Source: a virus. Taken from it: a stretch of 64,000 nucleotides of DNA. Where the stretch lies: the IMG/VR virus record IMGVR_UViG_3300045988_182793, positions 1 through 64,000 of that record; one strand, 5' to 3'. The translations under genes were made by a program, and so were the position numbers. The notes under the pieces are model-generated. The model made no database searches. It was not told the origin of the DNA and was given only the letters and a program-made list of their open reading frames with translations. Below, in pieces: positions 49,296 through 59,055 of this stretch. Each line of letters starts with the position of its first letter. Position 1 is the stretch's first letter.

Positions 49296-50729
49296 ATGAC
49301 TGAAACAAAAGACATGTTTGAACAAATCAGCGCCATCTTAACCGATAAGAAAGATAAGCCGTTTTCCTATGAGGAGCTTGCAGCAATGCTCAAAACTGAC
49401 CCTGATGCCCTCAAAACCTTTGATGAGGTCTATAAGACACAGGTTCTTGAAAGCGGAGAGCTGCATGAAAATATGCTCCAGTGGGATACAGCTACAGTCA
49501 AAGCAATTCTCGACAAAAAGGTCTACTTCCCACCGGAACTCAATTCGCTCATTGACCGCATCGTCACAGAACTGGTGCTTGAAACGCGTCTGTACATCTA
49601 CAACGCGGAACGCGGTGGCTATTATGTGACATACTCTGCCAACCGCGACTTTATGACAGAGGTTACAAACGAGGAGTTGAAACGCTACCCCGAAGAACTC
49701 CGTCCGCAGCTCACCGGAAAGTTGATGAAGATTGACATTTCTGAGCCGTCGTACAAGGAACTGCTTCAAAACTACGCAGGCTACAAGAATGCAAAGAACG
49801 ACAGCACAAAAATGTTCTACTACAACATGTTCCGTCAAGGTCTTGACATCCTCGACCTTGATGACTTCACTTATCAGATGCTTGAGATGAACCCCAACTC
49901 TATGGGCTTCTGGTTTCCTCCTCTGGTAGAGGGATTGTACGGCAGCGCATTTTTCAAGGTTCCGGACACAAAAATTCTTCGCGTACCTATCACCATGCTG
50001 CAGCTTACCCGCCTTGGTTTCGAGACGTTGAATCCCGTTACAAAGGAAATCGTGAACCGTTATTGCCAGAAAGTCTTCCATCTTGATGGATACGAAGACT
50101 ATTTTATCAAAACGGGCACGTATTCTTCCAAATACGAATTCCGCAACGCTCATATCCATAACCCGAAGGAAATCAATGAGATGGGCGAGTATTTCTTGTT
50201 TTTGAATCATCTGACATGCTCGATGGCATCCCCTCTGAACAATCGCTGCTTCTACGGCGCGAACACCACGAACGAGTGGGTCGTCAGAGAATACATCAAG
50301 GACAAAGAAAATAACCCCACCATCTACAACGGTTTGCCGCTGCACACTGAATATCGCGTGTTTGTGGATTTTGATACAAAGGAAATCCTTGGCGCAAGTC
50401 CTTATTGGCGCAGCGATGTTATGAAGAACGAATTCAAAAAAGTCAGCAGCCCACAGGAACGCCATGATTATGTTGTCTACAAGATGCATGAAGACATTCT
50501 GAACCAGCGTTACCACGAAAGCGTTCAAACTGTTCTGGCTGAGCTGAAGAAGGTTATTCCTCGCATTGAGTTGACAGGGCAGTGGAGCGTCGATGTAATG
50601 CGCAACGGCAATGATTACTACATCATTGATATGGCTCTTGCTGAGAATTCCGCTCTGAATGACTGCGTACCGAAAAATCTGCTTCGCGCTTATCCTCAGC
50701 AGTGGCTGCCGGGTGAATCGAACAGCTGA
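49296..50729 (+). CDS. ATP-grasp-like protein (477 aa)
   Basis: C-terminal EYRVFVDFDTKEILGA and YYIIDMALAENS resemble RimK-type ATP-grasp strands. Confidence 0.45.
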   Translation: MTETKDMFEQISAILTDKKDKPFSYEELAAMLKTDPDALKTFDEVYKTQVLESGELHENMLQWDTATVKAILDKKVYFPPELNSLIDRIVTELVLETRLYIYNAERGGYYVTYSANRDFMTEVTNEELKRYPEELRPQLTGKLMKIDISEPSYKELLQNYAGYKNAKNDSTKMFYYNMFRQGLDILDLDDFTYQMLEMNPNSMGFWFPPLVEGLYGSAFFKVPDTKILRVPITMLQLTRLGFETLNPVTKEIVNRYCQKVFHLDGYEDYFIKTGTYSSKYEFRNAHIHNPKEINEMGEYFLFLNHLTCSMASPLNNRCFYGANTTNEWVVREYIKDKENNPTIYNGLPLHTEYRVFVDFDTKEILGASPYWRSDVMKNEFKKVSSPQERHDYVVYKMHEDILNQRYHESVQTVLAELKKVIPRIELTGQWSVDVMRNGNDYYIIDMALAENSALNDCVPKNLLRAYPQQWLPGESNS

Positions 50730-50850
50730 TACTCCTAGAACGAAACTTTGATTCGGGTTCTTTCAGCAAAAAGCGTAGGAACCAAAATCATACGAAATGA
50801 TTGTGTTGACACATAAAAACAAGTATAATATATACAAGGAAGTGATAATA

Positions 50851-51303
50851 ATGGTTCTGTATCATGGCAGCGATGTAATAGTCCGCAACCCTGAGGTCAG
50901 AAAAACAAGGTACGCCAAAGATTTTTCATGGGGATTCTATTGCACTAGCAACTACGAACAAGCCGCTCGCTGGTCAAAAAAAGGCAGGTCTCGTGGTATT
51001 GTCAACGTGTTTGAATATACAGAATCTCCTATGCTAAATATTAAGAAATTCCCCGAAATGAGTGATGAGTGGCTTGATTTTATTGCTATATGTCGCTCGG
51101 GCAAACATCATGACTATGATATTGTGGAAGGACCCATGGCGGATGACACCATTTGGAACTACGTCAACGACTTTCTAAGCGGTGATATTAGCCGTGAAGC
51201 TTTTTGGGCGTTGGCAAAATTCAAGCATCCCACGCATCAAATCAGCTTTCACACGGAAGTCGCTTTGAAATGTCTCTCTTTTAAGGAGGCGATTGAAGTA
51301 TGA
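50851..51303 (+). CDS. DUF3990-family protein
   Basis: MVLYHGSDVIVRNPE...DFSWGFYCT N-terminal signature. Confidence 0.55.
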   Translation: MVLYHGSDVIVRNPEVRKTRYAKDFSWGFYCTSNYEQAARWSKKGRSRGIVNVFEYTESPMLNIKKFPEMSDEWLDFIAICRSGKHHDYDIVEGPMADDTIWNYVNDFLSGDISREAFWALAKFKHPTHQISFHTEVALKCLSFKEAIEV

Positions 51304-51749
51304 CTGAAACTGCAACCTACAGCAAAAACGATGTCTTTTATACCTGCAGCCTGATTGAATATATCGGCCGCGTTACGAGGAATCATCGCAAGGATGTGGT
51401 TTCTGCTCTTGGCACAAACGGAGTCAAGGCAATTCTCGACTCAGCGGATGTGTTTCACTGCCAGAGCTTTGAGCAATCTGCCGATGAAATTTGTGAGCTT
51501 TTTCCTGTGCCGGAAGGAACGTATGATACGGTGTCTAACTGCCATTACAAGGTTCCATCTTATACAGATATCGGAAAAGTGTACCAGCGCATCATCTTTG
51601 ACTGTACTAGCACTCCTAGTGTCCAGGATGTAATTGATGTATTTTCCTCGTTCATTAGCGATGACATCTCAGATTTTAATACTGCAACTTACTATTGTAA
51701 TCCGAGCTATTTGTACCACTCATACAAGGCCGGAAAACTACTGGATTGA
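51300..51749 (+). CDS. DUF3791-family protein (partner of DUF3990)
   Basis: conserved pairing and ATGA overlap. Confidence 0.45.
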   Translation: MTETATYSKNDVFYTCSLIEYIGRVTRNHRKDVVSALGTNGVKAILDSADVFHCQSFEQSADEICELFPVPEGTYDTVSNCHYKVPSYTDIGKVYQRIIFDCTSTPSVQDVIDVFSSFISDDISDFNTATYYCNPSYLYHSYKAGKLLD

Positions 51750-51839
51750 TTTTCAAAAGCAATAGCAATCAAGACCACTGCCCCAAAAAGGGTGGTGGTC
51801 TTATTTTTTTGCACAACACTTACCATAAATTACCAGAAA

Positions 51840-51875
51840 GAAAAACATTGTGCATCTGTGCGAATTGCATATAAT
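51840..51875 (+). promoter_or_regulatory. copy 13 of conserved promoter motif (TCTGTGCGAATTGCATATAAT)
   Basis: consensus match. Confidence 0.6.
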
Positions 51876-51987
51876 ACAAAATATAGAACGAAAGGCATCA
51901 AAAAACATCGTTGGTCGGGCAAAACCCGACCGAAAGGCTAGGGCGGGCTCAGTTTTGAACCTGCTCTTTCTTTTTATCGGAGGCTTT

Positions 51988-52515
51988 ATGTCAAACAAAG
52001 AAGAACGCATGAACCGCAATAAAAGCATCATCGAAGATTACAAAAATGGAAAGCCGATTTTAGAAATCGCGAGGGAATATAATCTTTCAGAAACGATGTG
52101 CTACAAGATTCTAAAAGGTACGCAGGAGCCGCCTCTCTATTTTGAAAAAAAGAGGAAGAGACTTACCACTCGAAATGAGCAAATTGTTAAACAGTATAAA
52201 GGCGGTATGACGGCCAGAGAATTGGGCAAGATGTACGGCATTTCCATGCAGCGTATTTATGCAATCTTGCATTCGAGCGGAGAGTACGAAAGCCAAAAAT
52301 ACAATCATATTGAAACGGCTCTCAAAAAAGAGAAAAAGATGCGGAACCAAACTTTTCTTGATGCTTACAAGAAAAATCCTCGAAAATCGATTATCGAGTT
52401 GAGCAGGGAGGTAAATATCAGCCCTTCACTAGGTTATCTTATCCTTCATCAAAATGGGATTTACCAGTATAACGTAAAAGCCAGAGCTAAGGAGAATAGC
52501 GAAAATGCCGATTAA
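51988..52515 (+). CDS. tandem-HTH-repeat protein (3 units)
   Basis: units IIEDYKNGKPILEIAREYNLSETMCYKIL / IVKQYKGGMTARELGKMYGISMQRIYAIL / ... Confidence 0.65.
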   Translation: MSNKEERMNRNKSIIEDYKNGKPILEIAREYNLSETMCYKILKGTQEPPLYFEKKRKRLTTRNEQIVKQYKGGMTARELGKMYGISMQRIYAILHSSGEYESQKYNHIETALKKEKKMRNQTFLDAYKKNPRKSIIELSREVNISPSLGYLILHQNGIYQYNVKARAKENSENAD

Positions 52516-53023
52516 CAAGATTACCCACGTGTGTCTAACTCATGACAAAGTCAGGGCGCGAAATGAAAAGATGCTGGAGGATGCCAAGAACGGTATGTCC
52601 CAGGAACAGCTGGCCGAAAAGTATCAAATCTGTGTTTCTACTGTCCGATATAGTCTGAAGGACTTTTACGAAGAACAGGCCCGGCAGAGGAAAGCAAAGA
52701 AGAAAGCCTGGCAAACCCAGATGATTCATGAATATGAGATGGGCGCAAAATCTCCAGAGCTTCAGGAAAAATACGGCATCAGTGGAACGCTCTTTTATCG
52801 GATTCTTCATGCGCACGGAAAGAATGGCCGACAAATCCACAGCCAAAACCGTATCGAGACTGGCAAGAAAAGAAACGCCGAGATGGTCAGGAAATACAAA
52901 AACGGCGTTTCTGTCAAAGAGCTTGCGGAAGAATACGGGCTCAAAAAGGGAAGCGTATATCGCGCCATGAAGCGGTATAGTCCAGGCCCAGGGAAAAGTA
53001 AAAGTTGTCAAAGTGAGGAATAA
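52505..53023 (+). CDS. tandem-HTH-repeat protein (3 units)
   Basis: MLEDAKNGMSQEQLAEKYQICVSTVRYSL; MIHEYEMGAKSPELQEKYGISGTLFYRIL; MVRKYKNGVSVKELAEEYGLKKGSVYRAM. Confidence 0.65.
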   Translation: MPINKITHVCLTHDKVRARNEKMLEDAKNGMSQEQLAEKYQICVSTVRYSLKDFYEEQARQRKAKKKAWQTQMIHEYEMGAKSPELQEKYGISGTLFYRILHAHGKNGRQIHSQNRIETGKKRNAEMVRKYKNGVSVKELAEEYGLKKGSVYRAMKRYSPGPGKSKSCQSEE

Positions 53024-53027
53024 TTGC

Positions 53028-53981
53028 ATGGCTGCATCAAAGAAAGATGTTGCGAAGCAGCAGGTCAAAGAAGACCGAGAAAAAGTCCGGGAAATGTATC
53101 TTTCTGGCAAAACTGTCAAGGAAATCGCCAAGGAAACGTATTTTTCAAGCTCTTATTGCTATGCCATGGTGAGAGACCTAGCAAAAGAAAAGAATCTTGC
53201 AAAGAGAGCAAAAAGAGCACCTCTCGACGAAGCTATGATTCAAGATGCGAAAGCCGGGATGACGGTTGCTGAAATCGCAAAGAAGCATGGCGTGACCTAT
53301 CAGCAGTGCTACTATACTGTTTCTGAATACGCTCAAGCTACGATTAAGAAGAACAAGAAAAAGCAGTCTGCTGCCACGAAAGTTCGCAATGCGGCTATGT
53401 TAGAAGATGCGAAAGCCGGAATGACTGATAAGGAAATCGCCAAAAAATACTTTTTGTCTCGAAGCAGTGTCCGTACCGTCCTTGCAGGGCATTTACATAC
53501 AAATTCCAAAAAGTTGGATGAAAGGCGCAAGGCGATTCTTGCGGATTATGAGACAGGAACGTCCTCAAAAGACATCTGTGAGAAATACGGTATTTCAAAA
53601 TCCACTCTTTACAAGGACATGCGCCAAGTTGGAAAAACCTGTCAGGAATACTATCACAAGGCGCTGAAAGACAAGACCAATCGAAGGAATTCCGATATTC
53701 GAAGCAAAATCGAAAGAGGGGTCTCGGTCAGCACTATTGCCAAGGAATACGGAATCTCTAAAGCGGCGATTTATGAAACGTTTCATCAGGAAAATGTCAG
53801 AGCTGGAATTTTACAGAAACGCGGCCGTCCGCGAAAAAACACGGAACGTAATGCACTGATTGCTAAACGCCACAGGGAAGGCGAGAAGGTGCAGGCGCTT
53901 GCCACTGAATATAATCTCTCTGTTTCGACGGTAAACACTATTTGCAGTAGAAACAAAAATCAGAATATAACCTCATATTAA
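53028..53981 (+). CDS. tandem-HTH-repeat protein (6 units)
   Basis: six consecutive ~50-aa units of the same pattern x(Y/A)xxGxxxxEIAKxYGxSxSxxYxxL. Confidence 0.65.
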   Translation: MAASKKDVAKQQVKEDREKVREMYLSGKTVKEIAKETYFSSSYCYAMVRDLAKEKNLAKRAKRAPLDEAMIQDAKAGMTVAEIAKKHGVTYQQCYYTVSEYAQATIKKNKKKQSAATKVRNAAMLEDAKAGMTDKEIAKKYFLSRSSVRTVLAGHLHTNSKKLDERRKAILADYETGTSSKDICEKYGISKSTLYKDMRQVGKTCQEYYHKALKDKTNRRNSDIRSKIERGVSVSTIAKEYGISKAAIYETFHQENVRAGILQKRGRPRKNTERNALIAKRHREGEKVQALATEYNLSVSTVNTICSRNKNQNITSY

Positions 53982-54026
53982 CAGGCTGCCATTTGGCGGC
54001 CTATTTCTTTTTTAGGAGGAAATGAA

Positions 54027-54941
54027 ATGACAGACGACGTACGTAATTTAATTCGATTTGTGGTGGATGGCGATATTCGAAACGCGCAGACTCAGTGCCG
54101 AATCATGCTTGAAAAGAATGTACCCGAAAAGGACGCCAGGTTCAAAGAAAACGAACTCAGAAAGTTGAATCTTCTGAAACCGGAACTGATTCAGCTGCCC
54201 GCCAACCTGGAAAGCCTCTTGATTGCGGAGGATGCCACGAATTTCCCTGAGAGCCGGTTCCTGCTCCGCGAGGAGGAAGAAACAGTCATCAACAAGCTCT
54301 TAGCCACCAGAAAAGCAGCTTTAGCCATCAAGGAGCTTGGCATCCACTATACTTGCTCTTTGCTTTTGACGGGCCTTCCTGGTGTTGGTAAGACTGAATT
54401 GGCCCGCTACATTGCACACAAGGCGAATTTACCGTTTGTTTTCCTGAAATTCTCTGGCCTTGTCAATTCTGCTCTTGGCCGGACACAGCAGAACATCGGC
54501 AGAGTGTTCGATTACGCAAAGCGCACGCCTTGTGTTCTTTGTGTTGATGAAATTGATGCCATCGGAATGTGCCGTGGCAGCCGCGATGATGTCGCTGAAA
54601 TGAGCCGCGTCACCATCGCATTGATGCAGGAACTTGACCGGCTCCCGAATGACGTCATTCTCATTGGCACTACAAACCGCGTCGATAACCTTGACGAAGC
54701 CCTCATTCGCCGATTCACTTTCAAACACCGCGTCAAGCCTTTAGGCGACGATGACATGAAAGAACTGTGCAAGAAGTTCCTTGCTTCGGCAGACTATCCC
54801 TTCACGGAATCCGAACTCGACGAACTCTGCCATTCGCTGCGTGAACAGCGGACTGCCAGCGCCGTTGTCAATGCCTGTACAGAACGTATCGTTGCACATA
54901 TCGTATCGCAGCTGCCTGAAAATTCGGCAGATGCCGTGTAA
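54027..54941 (+). CDS. AAA+ ATPase
   Basis: Walker A LTGLPGVGKT, Walker B VLCVDEIDAIG, sensor IGTTNR. Confidence 0.75.
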   Translation: MTDDVRNLIRFVVDGDIRNAQTQCRIMLEKNVPEKDARFKENELRKLNLLKPELIQLPANLESLLIAEDATNFPESRFLLREEEETVINKLLATRKAALAIKELGIHYTCSLLLTGLPGVGKTELARYIAHKANLPFVFLKFSGLVNSALGRTQQNIGRVFDYAKRTPCVLCVDEIDAIGMCRGSRDDVAEMSRVTIALMQELDRLPNDVILIGTTNRVDNLDEALIRRFTFKHRVKPLGDDDMKELCKKFLASADYPFTESELDELCHSLREQRTASAVVNACTERIVAHIVSQLPENSADAV

Positions 54942-54945
54942 AAGT

Positions 54946-55644
54946 ATGATAGCCTGGGAAGAAAGCCCTCGTCAGTTTAAGATGTCCAAGCAACTCGATG
55001 AGGGAAAATTCGGAGAAGACTTGGCTCGCAAATTCCTTAACGACCCGATTATCAAAGTGAATCATGGCATTAGCCATTACGATGACGTGACTCAGGATAA
55101 ATCATATCAAGACAAAGATACCGATTTCATCGTCTGGAAGAAGAATGGTAAGACCTTTGGCCTGGAAGCGAAAGTGGACAGTCACAATACCGGAAATTTC
55201 TACCTGGAAACCTCGGTGGACTACTTCTCCATGGTGCCTGACGCTCTGAACGAACAACGGGTGGCGCGGCGGTATCGGGATGGCATCGACCCTTTATGGC
55301 ACACCCCGGGCTGGGTATACAGGAGTGGTGCGGACCAGATTCTCTATTATTTCAGAACCACGCAGCTGCTTTACATTTTCTCCCGCGTTGATGTCTGGTT
55401 CTATGCTGAAAAGCTGATGCGCGGTGGAATCCATCTCGACCCCGGAATCAGAAAGCCAAAAATGTATTCTGCCGAAAATATCAGTGAACGCAATGGTTCC
55501 ACTCTCTTCTTTGCCAACGGCTTATGCGTGAATGCAGAGCAGACATACAAGGCTTTAGGAGCGCAAAAAAGAGTCATTAAATACCAGGTTGAGAACCCGG
55601 ATTCAGACGTTCCAACGTTCAGTTTTTGCCCTTTCAAATTATGA
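54946..55644 (+). CDS. PD-(D/E)xK nuclease-fold protein (putative)
   Basis: DTDFIVW...GLEAKVD (D-x-D...E-x-K). Confidence 0.45.
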   Translation: MIAWEESPRQFKMSKQLDEGKFGEDLARKFLNDPIIKVNHGISHYDDVTQDKSYQDKDTDFIVWKKNGKTFGLEAKVDSHNTGNFYLETSVDYFSMVPDALNEQRVARRYRDGIDPLWHTPGWVYRSGADQILYYFRTTQLLYIFSRVDVWFYAEKLMRGGIHLDPGIRKPKMYSAENISERNGSTLFFANGLCVNAEQTYKALGAQKRVIKYQVENPDSDVPTFSFCPFKL

Positions 55645-55729
55645 ATTTTTCGCTAACAATCGTTAGAAAATCACACTTCAGTCTGACGGAAGAGTATAAT
55701 TAAAGTATGGAAAGAGAGGACAAAAAATC

Positions 55730-56158
55730 ATGAACCAAATCAACGTTGTGACGATTGGAAAACTCATTGAAGCACATCGAGACGGTGACGAGCAGAAGTT
55801 CAAAGCATATGTCGATTTTATTGTCAAAGCCTACGAAGAGCAGGAGAATGACCGTGCCGCACGAATCATTCGAAGCAGCTATACGGGTGACTACGGTGAG
55901 CAGGGGAAAGTTGTTCTGGATGAAGCAGTCAAACAGACTGTGCATTATGAGACAGGTTGGTACGAACCCGAAATCTTAGGCTCTGGTGGTTCCTATCGCG
56001 GAGTTACAAAAACAAGCTCAGAGGAAGAAGCTCTGCAACAGCTACAAAAGCACACGGTGAACTATGCACAACGTATCACTGTATATAAGAAAGACGGCAA
56101 AACCGTAAAACGAGAAGTCGCTGAGTACGACCAGTGGGAAAAGAAGTGGATGAGTTAA
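55730..56158 (+). CDS. hypothetical protein (142 aa)
   Basis: ORF. Confidence 0.45.
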   Translation: MNQINVVTIGKLIEAHRDGDEQKFKAYVDFIVKAYEEQENDRAARIIRSSYTGDYGEQGKVVLDEAVKQTVHYETGWYEPEILGSGGSYRGVTKTSSEEEALQQLQKHTVNYAQRITVYKKDGKTVKREVAEYDQWEKKWMS

Positions 56159-56160
56159 TC

Positions 56161-56646
56161 ATGAAGCACAAAATCTCGGAAACCGGCGCTCGGATGCTTA
56201 AATATCAAGAGCAGCTTGCCGACGAATACAAGTACAAGCCCATCCCACGTACCTTTTTCAAGGATGTGCGGGCAGAATTTGAAGAAACTTTGCCGGAATG
56301 GTGCAATATGTCCGGCGATACGACCAAACTCGAAACCAGAAGCGGCACGGTCATTGCCAGCGGGTATAACCGAATCGTGATTGGCGACTACGGCGCATTC
56401 GTTGAGTTTTCGCGTGCCCAAGCAAATGCACGTCATTTGAAAATCAAAGAGGGGCAGAGCTATCGTATCGAAGACCCGCGCTATGCCGAACATGTGAAAT
56501 ATCTTTGGCTCACAGCGGACGATAACTCTGACGTGAAAGTATACGACCAAAAACGCTTGGTTGAGTACGCTGACTACAAGCCGGGGATGCTGTATGTCAG
56601 CGTGTACGAGGTGTTTCCAGCGGAAACTGATGCCGGATTATCATGA
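56161..56646 (+). CDS. hypothetical protein (161 aa)
   Basis: ATGA overlap. Confidence 0.45.
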   Translation: MKHKISETGARMLKYQEQLADEYKYKPIPRTFFKDVRAEFEETLPEWCNMSGDTTKLETRSGTVIASGYNRIVIGDYGAFVEFSRAQANARHLKIKEGQSYRIEDPRYAEHVKYLWLTADDNSDVKVYDQKRLVEYADYKPGMLYVSVYEVFPAETDAGLS

Positions 56647-56856
56647 CGAGCACTGTGCTTTCGACAGCAAGCCAATCAAGCATACACAGTGGGTGCGTTT
56701 TCTTGGGAAGGACTAACCATAGGGGCAGGAAGATTCCATTGCCGACCTGTACGCGAAAAGTGGCGCTGTGGTTTCCATGGTAGGTTCGGCTAAAGATTTG
56801 CTGACTTTCCTGCAATCTGCCGGAACCACAAGGCATTTTTGATGCGTTAGCCCCAA

Positions 56857-56951
56857 CCACTATATATAGTGGTATCTTAATGTTTGTTTACAATTTAGAC
56901 ACTATATATTGTGTCTTTTCATTGACCGGATACCACATATATGGTATAATA
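56857..56951 (+). promoter_or_regulatory. two palindromic operator-like sites (CCACTATATATAGTGG 56857-56872; GACACTATATATTGTGTC 56900-56917) followed by consensus sigma70 promoter TTGACC-17-TATAAT (56923-56951)
   Basis: read directly; upstream of tRNA block. Confidence 0.6.
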
Positions 56952-57196
56952 CAATTGTTCTCAGGAAGAGGAACGGCTCCTGAGACATCAAGGTTTTCCT
57001 TTCCCCAATCTTGGTCGCATGGCTTCATTTGAGCTGACACAGGTGAAGCGTGAAAATCATCCGTTTCATAGTAATATCCTTCCTTTCTTTGGCGCGGGTA
57101 ACTCCGCGCCAGCCGTCCAAGCAAACAGCCTCCACGCGGCGGACGGTGGACAACAGATGTTTCCGTGTTCCGGGCATCTGGCTAATGTTTGTATTT

Positions 57197-57272
57197 GCTG
57201 GTTTAGCTCAGCTGGTAGAGCAACTGATTTGTAATCAGTCGGTCATCGGTTCAAGTCCGATTTCCAGCTCCA
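57197..57272 (+). tRNA. tRNA-Thr (anticodon TGT); acceptor has two U-U mispairs
   Basis: cloverleaf traced by hand; D and T arms canonical. Confidence 0.6.
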
Positions 57273-57745
57273 GACGCTATCCGTTGGATGTATCGAAATC
57301 ACATGATACGATGCTATACACAACATCTGGCGGACAGCATGCCACCCATTAAGGCGGCCTCCTCGTGGCGGGTGGCGGACAGCGGCTCTTGCGGCTGCTG
57401 ACGAATGTCTTAGAAGCATGCAAACGTACGAGCATCCCCGTCAAGTCGGGGCGCATCCAGACGCGACACAGCCGTAAAGGCGAGATTGCTGCACGGCAAC
57501 TGGTAAGTTTCGCCGCAGTCTCACACACAGCCCAACAACAACCGTTAACCCGATTTGACAGGGAATCAACGACAGGGCTCAAAATTTGAAGTTGACCAAC
57601 ACCCAAGCGCTTTCTTGGATTCTCGCGTATCGTCAACGATGAGGTTCGCAAGATTGTCAGGTGGTGTGAAGATGACATCCGGGGATGACGACCTACTAAA
57701 CGGATGTCATGGCGGGGCTAAGTGAGGGTTCACCCGCAATCTTAT

Positions 57746-57820
57746 GCAGGTATCGTATAACGGCTAATACTCCGCCCCTCCAAGGCGGAGACGCGGGTTC
57801 GACCCCCGCTACTTGCTCCA
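57746..57820 (+). tRNA. tRNA-Gly (TCC)
   Basis: cloverleaf traced; encoded CCA. Confidence 0.7.
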
Positions 57821-58092
57821 CACGTCGCAGTCACCGTACGCCACGACGTTAAACTTGGTGAGCATGGTCCACTTGTGGTCCGCTGTCCGAATGTCGATGA
57901 GACAGCCTCAAAAATAATAGACAAACAGGTGCTGTGCCTGAAAGTATTCGAAAGTCCCGGTGTTAGTCGCGAATAAGACCGGAAAACGGTGAAGAGGGTA
58001 CAATACAGAATCTATCGGCGTGGCTGCCGAATGGTGCTGGATGCGAGTTGGCTTCTCGCTCAAGGGGTGACCAGCATAAAACACCCTATCGT

Positions 58093-58168
58093 GCTCGATT
58101 AGCTCAGTTGGTAGAGCAGCGCATTCGTAACGCGCAGGTCGGCAGTTCGAACCTGCCATCAAGCCCCA
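58093..58168 (+). tRNA. tRNA-Thr (CGT)
   Basis: cloverleaf traced; one A-C mismatch in anticodon stem. Confidence 0.65.
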
Positions 58169-58206
58169 TTACCCAATGAAGCGATAATAGAAAGGAGATG
58201 AAACTT

Positions 58207-58590
58207 ATGGAACAGGCAATTATCAATGTCGAAGGTACAACTACCATTGAAACCGCTGCAGCAGCCAAAAAGCTGATTGGGATGCTTGGCAACCAGAACG
58301 TCCGCGCCATCGCTGTCAACCGTGTAAACGACAAGAGCGACGAGGTCATTGTTGAACTCGATTTCGTTCCCGGTTTGGCACCGCATCTGCACGGCTTCAC
58401 GCTTCAGGTTAATGGCTTGACCTGTGGTTATGCTGGTACTGGTCCTTCCAATCTGTATGAAGTCCTGCAGGCGGCTGGCGTGAGTGAAGCTCAGGTAGCA
58501 CGCGAGGACATCACTCAGAAGAGCACAAAAACCATTCCTCTGCGCCTGGAACGCGCCGTGACTCAGTACGGCGACTTCCAGTTTGCGTAA
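58207..58590 (+). CDS. hypothetical protein (127 aa)
   Basis: RBS AAAGGAGA. Confidence 0.5.
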   Translation: MEQAIINVEGTTTIETAAAAKKLIGMLGNQNVRAIAVNRVNDKSDEVIVELDFVPGLAPHLHGFTLQVNGLTCGYAGTGPSNLYEVLQAAGVSEAQVAREDITQKSTKTIPLRLERAVTQYGDFQFA

Positions 58591-58620
58591 CGCTATTTGG
58601 CGGGCTTGACCCGCCATCAT

Positions 58621-58696
58621 GGAGGGATAGCTTAGCTGGATAAAGCACCTGCCGCAAAGCAGGGTATCGATGGTTCGAGGCCATCTCCCTTCTCCA
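58621..58696 (+). tRNA. tRNA-like with perfect 5-bp anticodon stem but 6-nt loop CGCAAA (Cys-GCA-like?)
   Basis: acceptor, D, T arms and CCA fit; anticodon loop non-canonical. Confidence 0.45.
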
Positions 58697-59055
58697 TCCA
58701 GACACCCTTTCGCTTCCTTTCGCCAAAGGTATCTGGGGTATTGTACTGCATTGCGTGTAGTACGGCCAATCAGGCGCGGAACTCCGAAACCATACCACGA
58801 AGAATTTTATCCTCTCCGCGCAGCATGGACATGCGATTTTACGGGGATAAATTCAAACCGAAATTGTGTCGAGTGGCGAAGACGGTTGCGACACTGGCGA
58901 AGCACATATCTGCTTCGTCAACCATCCATGAGAAAGCCTCCACGTGGCAGATGGTGGGCAACGCAGCAAAGCTGCGGCTGATTTCTTTCAAACCGGTATC
59001 TGAATAAATGCAGATAAATAGACGAAAAAATCAAAAAAGCAAAGGAGTACACAGC

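Noticed and set aside
49338-50528. 396-aa minus-strand ORF inside ATP-grasp-like gene
   Set aside because: Antisense overlap. The sense ORF has RBS and sensible composition.
57019-57678. Short ORFs around tRNA-Thr (57019-57352, 57349-57678)
   Set aside because: Overlap tRNA and GC-rich leader. No RBS.
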